From assembly GCA_003697105.1 (NCBI GenBank), contig RFFQ01000072.1:1-37805 (forward strand): 37,805 nucleotides of DNA, written 5' to 3'. Shown here piece after piece: positions 9,271-17,433 of this stretch (the first letter of the stretch is position 1; each line of letters begins with the position of its first letter). The notes beneath the pieces were generated by a model. It was given only the letters and a program-made list of their open reading frames with translations. It searched no databases and was not told where the DNA came from. Both the position numbers and the translations under genes were made by a program. Source of the stretch: Gemmatimonadota bacterium (GTDB taxonomy: Bacteria > 4572-55 > J002).

Positions 9271-9299
9271 TTGACAAACCTACTGAATTTTAATATATA
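9271..9299 (+). promoter_or_regulatory. Putative sigma70 promoter for the NtrC-type regulator
   Basis: TTGACA 9271-9276, 17 bp spacer, TATATA within an AT-rich TAATATATAA block. Confidence 0.5.
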
Positions 9300-9358
9300 A
9301 AGCGATTAAATGGTACGGATGCCACATTTTTTTTCGATCTTAATGTGATAGAATCCCG

Positions 9359-10747
9359 ATGAAAAAACCTCGTATTTTAGTTGTCGATGATGATTACAAC
9401 GTTCGTAAGTTGATCTCCCTCAAATTGGAAACAGAGGGTTACGAGGTGATTAGTGTCACCTCCGGTCAAGAAGCATGGGAAAAAGTGCAAGAGATGCCCT
9501 TCAATCTGATCATCACGGATATTATGATGCCGGAGATGACCGGAGATGAACTTCGACAAAAGGTCAATGCGTACAATCCCAATATTCCCTTGATTATGAT
9601 TACCGCTTATGGGAGTATCAGCCATGCGGTGGAGGCTTTGAAGAATGGTGCCAATGACTATATCACCAAGCCATTTCAAATTCCCGAACTGCTGACAAAA
9701 GTACGCAATGCTGTTGAAAAACAGCAACTTCAGGAAGAAGTCCAATATCTGCGTGATACCTTGGAAAAACGAAAAGTGTTTGACCAGATTATCGGACGGA
9801 GTAGCGCCATTGAAGCGGTTTTGTCTCAAGTTCATATGGTTGCCCGGAGCCGGGTTTCCATTGTGATTGAGGGAGAAAGTGGCACCGGAAAAGAACTGCT
9901 GGCCCGGGCAATTCATTATTCGAGTAATCGGGCAGATGCCCCGTTTGTGGCGGTCAGTTGCGGTGCCTTGCCGGAAGAACTGCTGGAAAATGAACTTTTC
10001 GGACATGTAAAAGGTGCTTACACTGGCGCGCATGGAAACGCCAAAGGGCTGTTTGAAGAAGCGCATACGGGTACAATTTTTCTGGATGAAATTGGTGAAA
10101 TCAACCATAATATTCAGGTGAAATTGCTCCGCGTCCTTCAAGAGCAGGAATTTAAACCGGTGGGCACGACCCATACCGTCAAAGTTGATGTGCGGGTTCT
10201 GGCGGCAACAAATCGCCGCTTGAAAGAGATGGTCGCTAAGGGAACATTCCGGGAAGATTTGTATTACCGGTTGAATGTGATGACCATTACGGTACCGCCT
10301 CTCCGCGACCGGAAAGAAGATATACCCTTGCTTGCCGAGCATTTTTTGAAAATTTATCGCCACCAGTTTGAAAAAGATGTGCTGGGATTTACACCCGAAG
10401 CGATCCAAAAATTGATGGCGTATGAATGGCCCGGTAACGTACGTGAATTGGAAAACAAAATTCAACAAGCCTTGTTGATGACCCGCACGTCATACATCTT
10501 ACCTGAAAATATCCCGCTTTATAATGTCGAACCCATAAAAAGCTATTCGACCGAACTTCGTCCTTTTCAGGATGAGAAAAAAACAGTCGTTGATGCGTTT
10601 GAGCGAAATTATATTACACGTGCCTTAAAACTGCATCATGGCAATATCACACATGCCGCCAAAGCCGCTGGGAAAGATCGAAAAGATTTTTGGCGGATTA
10701 TGAAAAAGCATAATATTGACGCAAAAAAGTTCAAGAATAGACCGTAG
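9359..10747 (+). CDS. Sigma-54-dependent response regulator (NtrC/AtoC family: REC-AAA+-Fis HTH)
   Basis: ILVVDDD...TDIMMP receiver domain, GESGTGKEL, ELFGHVKGAYTGA, FLDEIGE, FREDLYYRLNV, WPGNVREL and a C-terminal HTH. Confidence 0.95.
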   Translation: MKKPRILVVDDDYNVRKLISLKLETEGYEVISVTSGQEAWEKVQEMPFNLIITDIMMPEMTGDELRQKVNAYNPNIPLIMITAYGSISHAVEALKNGANDYITKPFQIPELLTKVRNAVEKQQLQEEVQYLRDTLEKRKVFDQIIGRSSAIEAVLSQVHMVARSRVSIVIEGESGTGKELLARAIHYSSNRADAPFVAVSCGALPEELLENELFGHVKGAYTGAHGNAKGLFEEAHTGTIFLDEIGEINHNIQVKLLRVLQEQEFKPVGTTHTVKVDVRVLAATNRRLKEMVAKGTFREDLYYRLNVMTITVPPLRDRKEDIPLLAEHFLKIYRHQFEKDVLGFTPEAIQKLMAYEWPGNVRELENKIQQALLMTRTSYILPENIPLYNVEPIKSYSTELRPFQDEKKTVVDAFERNYITRALKLHHGNITHAAKAAGKDRKDFWRIMKKHNIDAKKFKNRP

Positions 10748-10837
10748 CGCCCTCGTGTGTCGATGGCGGAACTCAGAATGCGTTTATTTCTCATACCGGT
10801 GATGATTTTGACTTTTCCAACCTTAAAATCAGATGGA

Positions 10838-12598
10838 ATGCTTACCACGCGGCATATCGTCTTGGGTTTAATTTCATGGGTCTTGTTGGGGATTTTGGCA
10901 ATCGATGGTCTTTTTTCGGTTGCCGAAAGTGCCCAAATCTCCCAATTTCGGGCGGAGGTTGATCGCACCTCCTTGGCTCAGAACGAGACCGTCAATTATC
11001 GTCTCATTATCGAGGGAGATGTGACCAATGTACCCACTCCCACATTACCTCCCCTGAATGAATTTCAGGCGTATTCTTCCGGGCGTTCGCAAAATATTTC
11101 CATAGTCAATGGGCGCATCCAAGCGTCGGTGACATTCAACTATATCTTACAACCCAAACAACCGGGTAAATTTACGATTGCACCGGCAACATTGACCGTC
11201 GATGGAAAAACATACCAAACGCAATCCCTTACTATTGAAGTGACGCCGGGTCGAGCGCCGGCGAACATGCCCCCCCAAGGCTCGCGCCCCCCATCCTCCC
11301 AGCAACCGCGCGCGGATTATTTTGTTGAGTTGAGTGTTGATAATGATACCCCTTATGTAAATGAAATGATCACTCTGTCCTTCCGCTTTTACCGGGCACG
11401 GAATGTGATGGGAGGGTTAAACTACACCAAACCCAAAACCAACGGTTTCTGGAGCCAAGATTTGCCCCCGCAACTGGATTATCGAGAAAATGTAGGGGGA
11501 AAAACGTATTTGGTGGCAGAGTTACGGACTGCACTTTTTCCGACGGCATCCGGTACATACACCATCGAACCGGCTACTTTACAAATTCGCGGGACGTTTT
11601 TTCAGGCGGCACAAACACTACGCTCCAATGCGGTGACCGTGAAGGTAAAGCCCTTACCCACGGCGGGGAGACCCGCCAACTTTAGCGGGGCGGTCGGGCA
11701 ATACCGGTTGTCCACAAAAGTCAGCCAGACCGAAACAGACCTAAACACCCCGATTACCTTGACAGTCACCCTCTCCGGGAAAGGTAATATCGAAATGCTC
11801 AGCGAACCGTCCTGGCCCGAATTGCCGGACTTCAAATTTTATGACTCGAATAGCTCGTCGAATGTAAAAACGGATAACTATGTGGTCAGCGGCTCTAAAA
11901 CTTACGAAAAGGTACTGATCCCCAAACGAACCGGGACGTTTACGATTGAGCCGGTAACATTCAGCTATTTTGATCCGAAATCCGAGCGTTACCGGACATT
12001 AAAATCAGAGACATACGAAATCAAAGTGTACGGCGCCGAAATTGACGAACGTGAAACCAATCTGTCCCGGCAAGATATCCGGCTGTTAGGTCGTGACATC
12101 CGGCATATCAAGCCGGTGCCGGCGGTTTTGCAAAATCGGGGTATTTGGTACACAGAGCGGCTCAGTTTTTGGTTGGCGATCATTTTACCGTTAGGCGGCT
12201 TGATCGGTGTTTTTGGCTATCAGCGCCACCGGGAACGTCTGGAAGCTGATTCCGGTTATGCCCGATCTCGCCAAGCGGCTAAAATGGCACACAAGCGGCT
12301 CTCCACTGCCAAAATGCATCTGACTACACATGACAGTGCCGCCTTTCATGCGGAGGTTCAACACGCATTGACTCATTATCTGGCAGATAAGCTGAACGTT
12401 CCTGCCGGTAGTATCACATTGGATCGGGTACGGTCCCTGCCTTCCATTCCCGAAGCGTTACGTCCTACAGTTGTTTCTATTTTGGAAAAATGTGATCTGG
12501 CACGGTTTGCACCAGTACAGCATGTGTCAGAAATGTCTGAAACCCTAACTACCACCCAAAAACTGATTACGGATTTAGATAAAACGTGGAACGGTTAA
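10838..12598 (+). CDS. batD: BatD family protein (start taken at ATG 10838; ORF open from 10757)
   Basis: SSGRSQNISIVNG, PKQPGKFTI, VKPLP...FSGAVGQY, GKGNI and FSYFDP are BatD motifs. C-terminal TM helix. Followed by batE. Confidence 0.85.
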   Translation: MLTTRHIVLGLISWVLLGILAIDGLFSVAESAQISQFRAEVDRTSLAQNETVNYRLIIEGDVTNVPTPTLPPLNEFQAYSSGRSQNISIVNGRIQASVTFNYILQPKQPGKFTIAPATLTVDGKTYQTQSLTIEVTPGRAPANMPPQGSRPPSSQQPRADYFVELSVDNDTPYVNEMITLSFRFYRARNVMGGLNYTKPKTNGFWSQDLPPQLDYRENVGGKTYLVAELRTALFPTASGTYTIEPATLQIRGTFFQAAQTLRSNAVTVKVKPLPTAGRPANFSGAVGQYRLSTKVSQTETDLNTPITLTVTLSGKGNIEMLSEPSWPELPDFKFYDSNSSSNVKTDNYVVSGSKTYEKVLIPKRTGTFTIEPVTFSYFDPKSERYRTLKSETYEIKVYGAEIDERETNLSRQDIRLLGRDIRHIKPVPAVLQNRGIWYTERLSFWLAIILPLGGLIGVFGYQRHRERLEADSGYARSRQAAKMAHKRLSTAKMHLTTHDSAAFHAEVQHALTHYLADKLNVPAGSITLDRVRSLPSIPEALRPTVVSILEKCDLARFAPVQHVSEMSETLTTTQKLITDLDKTWNG

Positions 12599-12606
12599 GA
12601 TCAGCG

Positions 12607-13365
12607 ATGACCCCTTCTTTATTTCGGCTCATCTGGGTCGTTTTTTTCATCATGGTTGGCCGTGCGACTGCCACCGAAGCCTTATTAGCTGAGTTAGAAA
12701 AAGCCAACCAGTTGTATGAAGCGGAACAATATGAAGCCGCCATTGAACACTATCAAGCCATCATCGCACAAGGGATTGAGAACCCGCTTGTGTATTATAA
12801 CTTGGGCAATGCGTTCTTCAAATCAAATCAGTTGGGGAATGCTATTTTGTCTTACGAACGTGCCCGGCGGCTGGCACCCCGCGATGAAGATATTTTAGTA
12901 AATTTGGAATTTACTCGTGCCCAAATTGTGGATCGGGTGGAACTACCGGATGAGGGATTTCTCATCAATAGTTATCATTTTTTACTGACCCGGTTCACCG
13001 TCAATGAAGTGTTACGTGTGGGCTATGTGATTTATCTCTTGTTGATATTGAATATGGCGCTGTGGATACTTGTCCGGCGGTTTCGACGGTGGTTGGTTTA
13101 TCCCCTAGTGCTGTTTTTTGTACTTACCCTCATGGTGGGTGGGTTTTGCTACCTCAAGATACAACATGATCAGGTACCCACCGCCGTTGTGATGGTCACG
13201 CAAACCAACGTGATGACAGGTCCCGGCGAAAACTTACAGGTGGCGTTCAAAGTCCATGAAGGCACAATTTTATCTATTTTAGAAACTCGAGGTGAATGGG
13301 TCGAAGTGGTACTGGCGGGTAAACTTCGCGGATGGGTCAAGAAAGAGACCTTGGTCGAGGTCTAA
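12607..13365 (+). CDS. batE: BatE family TPR + membrane + SH3b protein (ORF open from 12586)
   Basis: ANQLY...YYNLGNAFFK...GNAILSYERARRLAPRDEDILVNL TPRs, two TM helices, and an SH3-like FKVHEG...GWV tail. Confidence 0.85.
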   Translation: MTPSLFRLIWVVFFIMVGRATATEALLAELEKANQLYEAEQYEAAIEHYQAIIAQGIENPLVYYNLGNAFFKSNQLGNAILSYERARRLAPRDEDILVNLEFTRAQIVDRVELPDEGFLINSYHFLLTRFTVNEVLRVGYVIYLLLILNMALWILVRRFRRWLVYPLVLFFVLTLMVGGFCYLKIQHDQVPTAVVMVTQTNVMTGPGENLQVAFKVHEGTILSILETRGEWVEVVLAGKLRGWVKKETLVEV

Positions 13366-13378
13366 AGCCAAAAAAAAC

Positions 13379-13408
13379 TTGACAACCGATTGAGACTCAT
13401 GGTAATAT
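13379..13408 (+). promoter_or_regulatory. Putative sigma70 promoter for the fadL-esterase unit
   Basis: TTGACA 13379-13384, 18 bp spacer, extended -10 TGgTAATAT (13400-13408). Confidence 0.65.
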
Positions 13409-13460
13409 CCCAAACCTAAATCTTTGTATTTATGAGGTGTTGGAAATGCAGTTTTGGACC

Positions 13461-13478
13461 TATGCAATTATGCATAAT
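13461..13478. promoter_or_regulatory. Candidate operator (overlapping palindromes)
   Basis: TATGCA-ATTA-TGCATA (13461-13476) and the perfect palindrome ATTATGCATAAT (13467-13478), between promoter and RBS. Confidence 0.4.
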
Positions 13479-13507
13479 CTTAAAATTTTTTGGGAAAGGA
13501 GTTCCTG

Positions 13508-14920
13508 ATGACGAAGAGTCTAAGGTACGTTTCGTTAACACTTTGCCTGTTGTTTTTGCCATCGGTGGTTTTCGGTTCCGGGATTGCCCGTTCCGGGTTG
13601 GGGTCAAAATCCAACGCGATGGGCGGTGCTTTTCGGGCGATATCTGATGATTATACCGCCGCTTTTTGGAATCCGGCGGGGTTGGGTCAACTTGAAACCT
13701 CTACGGTAGGTCTTATCGCCGATTTTATTACCCCCAATCTATACTACACCCCCAAAACCGGACGTTTAGGGTATTCCGATGGGCTGGAAATTCGGAATAA
13801 AGCGGAAACGATCTTTGTCCCTGCCATGGGCGGCTTTTATAGCATGCAACGCGGTGAGACTCGCTACGTGTTTGGTCTGGGTATCTATGTTCCCTTTGGT
13901 TCCAGTACGGAATGGAACACTTACACGCCACCGCCGGGCTATAGTAGTAGCCCTGAAATCACCGAATTTCCCGAATTTAACCGCAAAAGTTCGTTGCGTA
14001 CGATTGATGTCCATCCCGCATTAGGAATTCGCTTTAATGATAAAATTTCAGTTGGTTTGGGGATGAGTTTTCAATATGGCGCGGTTGAATTTATTCGCAC
14101 AGCGTTTCAACCTTCCGGTTTTCCGTACGCGCCGTATGACTTAATTCCCATAGATACGAAAATGGAAGCGGATGGCTGGGGTATCGGTTTCAATACTGGA
14201 ATTCTTTTTACGCCCAATGATAAACTCCGTTTTGCCATCACAGCCCGTACCGGTATTAAAATGGAAATGGAAGGTACGGCGACATTGACGGCATACATGC
14301 CCACCACGACCGAGCCTCTATTTTTAGCGGCAGCGCCGACGTTATTTATTGGCGGCACGCTCGCTTCCAAACCGGATGCAAAAGCAGACCTTACGACTCC
14401 AGCAGAATTGGGTTTTGGTTTGGCATATCAATTAACCGATAAGATGCTCGTATCGTTTGATGTCAGCCAGACCTACTGGCGGTCTGCGATTGATGTGGTT
14501 GATATTGAGATTGATGGTGATAGCCCCTTTATTGATGCCGCTACCGGGCAACCGATTCCGGCAACCGATAGCAAACTTTACGGTCGTTTTGATGATACGA
14601 TACGCTTGAGTTTCGGGTTAGAATATGAACTAATGCCGACGTTGATGCTCCGGGGGGGTTATTATTTTGATGAAACCGCCGTTCCCAACCAATCTTATGT
14701 GCCGACGTGGACCGATGTTGGGGATCGAAATGTATTTTCTGTCGGTTTTGCTTATGACCTAGGCAAATTCACGGTAGAAGCTGATTACCAATATACCGCA
14801 TTGGAAGACCGGACGGTCGCCACGCAATCTTTTGATGATGAGGGAGCGCCCCTTAATCTACCGGGTGAATATACCGGATCTGCCGGTACGGTGCATACAT
14901 CCTTCATTTATAATTTCTAA
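13508..14920 (+). CDS. FadL/OmpP1/TodX family outer-membrane transporter
   Basis: AAGGAG RBS then ATG 13508. Signal peptide, AMGGA...DD...FWNPAGL hatch motif, amphipathic beta strands, LRGGYYFDE and a C-terminal Phe. Confidence 0.9.
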   Translation: MTKSLRYVSLTLCLLFLPSVVFGSGIARSGLGSKSNAMGGAFRAISDDYTAAFWNPAGLGQLETSTVGLIADFITPNLYYTPKTGRLGYSDGLEIRNKAETIFVPAMGGFYSMQRGETRYVFGLGIYVPFGSSTEWNTYTPPPGYSSSPEITEFPEFNRKSSLRTIDVHPALGIRFNDKISVGLGMSFQYGAVEFIRTAFQPSGFPYAPYDLIPIDTKMEADGWGIGFNTGILFTPNDKLRFAITARTGIKMEMEGTATLTAYMPTTTEPLFLAAAPTLFIGGTLASKPDAKADLTTPAELGFGLAYQLTDKMLVSFDVSQTYWRSAIDVVDIEIDGDSPFIDAATGQPIPATDSKLYGRFDDTIRLSFGLEYELMPTLMLRGGYYFDETAVPNQSYVPTWTDVGDRNVFSVGFAYDLGKFTVEADYQYTALEDRTVATQSFDDEGAPLNLPGEYTGSAGTVHTSFIYNF

Positions 14921-14965
14921 GATCATGACAGTCTAGTCAACAATACTATGAAAGAGGTGGACGCA

Positions 14966-16903
14966 ATGTATCAATACATGAAAATGATGATCGTCTTCAG
15001 TCTTCTGGTCGTTTTGGCTCTCACACTATCCGGTTGTAGTGATGATGGCACGACCGGTCCGGAAGAGGTCGATTATTCCGGCTTAGATGGACGGGTAACG
15101 ACTGCCGTGTACGATTTTCCCGCACTGACCAATATCTTGGGTGACCCGACGGAACGCCCCGTAAAAATTTATAAAACGGCAAATTTTGATCCCAGTACAG
15201 ACCCCGTACTCTATCTGCTACACGGTTTTGGTGGTAGCCACGAGACCATGACCCGATTCTACGAAGTTCACTATGTGGCAGACTACTTACGGGCACAAGG
15301 CATGATCGGCGACATGGCAATTGTGATGCCGAATGCCGCTAATGCGTTTGGTGGGAGTTTTTATACCAATTCTTCCACGGTGAACCCACTAACCGGAGAC
15401 CCCCTACCGTTGGGTAACTATCAAGATTATATTTTAAGAGTCGATAACGGTCAAATCGCGGAAGATTGTTTGGTCTGGAAAGTTGAAAATGATGCGCTTG
15501 GTACGGGCACGCTACCCCGAGAACGCCGCATGATTGCCGGTCTTTCCATGGGGGGTTATGGTGCCATGAAGCTGGCGCTAACCTATCCAGAATATTTCAC
15601 ATCGGTCAGCTCCCACAGTGGGGTGCTTTACTTTGAAGATATGAAAAATATTCTCTCCACATTATTGGCAGAAAACCCTCGGGGGTTGCTCTTAACCGGG
15701 CGTGTCATCAATACCGCCCCTGATCCCAATCCCGCAGAAACCATTATTGTGGATACGGATTCCATTTTGACCAGTGGTGTGGACCCTCAACTGGCTGGGG
15801 GCGCGGCACTCCAACCCGGTCGTTGGGCGGCGGCTCCCGGTTTTACATCTGGCTTAACTCCGTTGATAGATCGTCCCGGTGCCGATCCCGCGAATGCATT
15901 GGAATTCTTACCGGATTATCCGAATTCTCCGCGCGATTGGGGTATGGCATGGGAACCGGGCGTCTGGCTCCTGAAATTAGAAGAAAGTTTAGCCCGCAAT
16001 GGGATGGCACTTGACCAATTTCGAGCTCCAGAGTCCGAAGACCTTAGTTTTAGTACCACACCTGCATGGACGTGGGCAACTTCAGACAGCCTCGAAACCG
16101 CAATGGTCACCATTGAGCGCCAGTTTAATATCTTCGCTACAGATGCCACTGTCGCCAATTTTGCGTATTTTGTCACCCGTAATCATTACACCGATTATTA
16201 TATTGTCTATTTTAATGATGTACCCATTGATACCGTTGGGGCAAATCAAGACCCCGTTGATGGGGTGGTAACACCAAATGCCAATAATATTGGTCTCCAT
16301 TACGCTGTTGTGGATACTGGCGGTGTCACCGTATATTATGATTACATCAATGGCGCGGGTGTACGTGTTAGTGGGAGCAAGCATATCGCCAAAGAGGTGT
16401 TTCCGGAGGGAGAAGTTTTTCGCTCCGGATCCGATGGCGCAAATGTTATTCGGTTCCATGCGTTATCACGCTTCGGTCAGCCTACCCCATTGGAGCGCAC
16501 GATTAAAACTGTCTCGGCGTTCGTTTTTGCCATGGGTGCGGCATTTCAACCGGAAGCCGGCTATCCACAGTACCAATTGGCTGAGGGATTTGGAATTAGC
16601 TTACCGTTCAATACGCGGGGTATGATTTACGAGACCGCATGGCATGACCGCTGGCTTCCTCATGACCCGTATACTATGTTGGATAGTGCAAATCTGGATG
16701 CAATTCGAGCCATGAGAATCCATTTTGATGTCGGTGCGAGTGATCAGTACCGGTTGAATATCCATGCCAATTGGTTTGACTCGCGCTTGAATGCCTTGAA
16801 TATTGACCATGACTATCATGTGTTTTCAGGGGGGCACAGCGACCGATTTTATAATCAAATCGCACCCATGCTGAAGTTTCACAACGGGATTTCCGGTTCT
16901 TAA
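14966..16903 (+). CDS. Lipoprotein alpha/beta-hydrolase (S-formylglutathione hydrolase/tributyrin esterase-like 'putative esterase' family) with large inserted domain
   Basis: Lipobox LSG|C, PVLYLLHG, nucleophile elbow GLSMGG, SHSG, DVGASD (acid) and GGH (His). ORF open from 14948; GAGGTG RBS favours ATG 14966. Confidence 0.85.
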   Translation: MYQYMKMMIVFSLLVVLALTLSGCSDDGTTGPEEVDYSGLDGRVTTAVYDFPALTNILGDPTERPVKIYKTANFDPSTDPVLYLLHGFGGSHETMTRFYEVHYVADYLRAQGMIGDMAIVMPNAANAFGGSFYTNSSTVNPLTGDPLPLGNYQDYILRVDNGQIAEDCLVWKVENDALGTGTLPRERRMIAGLSMGGYGAMKLALTYPEYFTSVSSHSGVLYFEDMKNILSTLLAENPRGLLLTGRVINTAPDPNPAETIIVDTDSILTSGVDPQLAGGAALQPGRWAAAPGFTSGLTPLIDRPGADPANALEFLPDYPNSPRDWGMAWEPGVWLLKLEESLARNGMALDQFRAPESEDLSFSTTPAWTWATSDSLETAMVTIERQFNIFATDATVANFAYFVTRNHYTDYYIVYFNDVPIDTVGANQDPVDGVVTPNANNIGLHYAVVDTGGVTVYYDYINGAGVRVSGSKHIAKEVFPEGEVFRSGSDGANVIRFHALSRFGQPTPLERTIKTVSAFVFAMGAAFQPEAGYPQYQLAEGFGISLPFNTRGMIYETAWHDRWLPHDPYTMLDSANLDAIRAMRIHFDVGASDQYRLNIHANWFDSRLNALNIDHDYHVFSGGHSDRFYNQIAPMLKFHNGISGS

Positions 16904-16930
16904 ATAAGCCCGTAGGTATGTCATAGAAGT

Positions 16931-16965
16931 CGCAAAATGCCGGTCATATTGACCGGCATTTTGCG
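16931..16965. terminator. Perfect 16-bp hairpin, likely terminator
   Basis: CGCAAAATGCCGGTCA-TAT-TGACCGGCATTTTGCG just after the esterase stop. Confidence 0.75.
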
Positions 16966-17007
16966 TTATATTGGGTTTCAAGTCAAAGACATTGGTGAAA
17001 TTTACTG

Positions 17008-17036
17008 TTGACATTAACCGGCAAACAGCGTAGAAT
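17008..17036 (+). promoter_or_regulatory. Sigma70 promoter of rpsO-pnp
   Basis: TTGACA, 17 bp spacer, TAGAAT. GAGGAGG RBS downstream. Confidence 0.8.
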
Positions 17037-17095
17037 ACGCGAGTTGAATTGTCAAATTTTTATGGAAAGTCACATTTTGAGGAGGTATTTTAGCC

Positions 17096-17365
17096 TTGAG
17101 TATCACGAAGGAACGCAAGCTCGAATTGCGGCAAAAATACGGTAAGCATGAGAATGATTCCGGGTCTCCGGAAGTTCAAATTGCCATTTTAACGGAGCGA
17201 ATCCGCGAACTCACTGAACATATGAAGACCCACAAAAAGGATTATCATTCGCGGCGAGGGTTAATCATGTTGGTTGGTAAACGTCGCCGGTTGCTTGATT
17301 ATCTCAAGCGGAAAGACATCCTCCGTTATCGCGAAATTTTAGGTGAGTTAGGCTTGCGCCGGTAG
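17096..17365 (+). CDS. rpsO: 30S ribosomal protein S15 (TTG start)
   Basis: [16 protein letters not shown]...[25 protein letters not shown]; 89 aa; upstream of pnp. Confidence 0.98.
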   Translation: MSITKERKLELRQKYGKHENDSGSPEVQIAILTERIRELTEHMKTHKKDYHSRRGLIMLVGKRRRLLDYLKRKDILRYREILGELGLRR

Positions 17366-17433
17366 GTCGGATAGCAAAAAATAGTTGTAGTTGAATTAGA
17401 GTTTTTCACATTACGTTTTTGGAGAAAATAACC

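Noticed and set aside
9203..9358. Sigma-54 (-24/-12) promoter next to the NtrC-type gene
   Set aside because: TGGCA occurs on both strands but lacks a correctly spaced TGC (GG-N10-GC).
9377..10468. 363-aa antisense ORF
   Set aside because: It lies wholly opposite the well-conserved NtrC-type gene, has no motifs, and is typical of shadow ORFs caused by codon bias.
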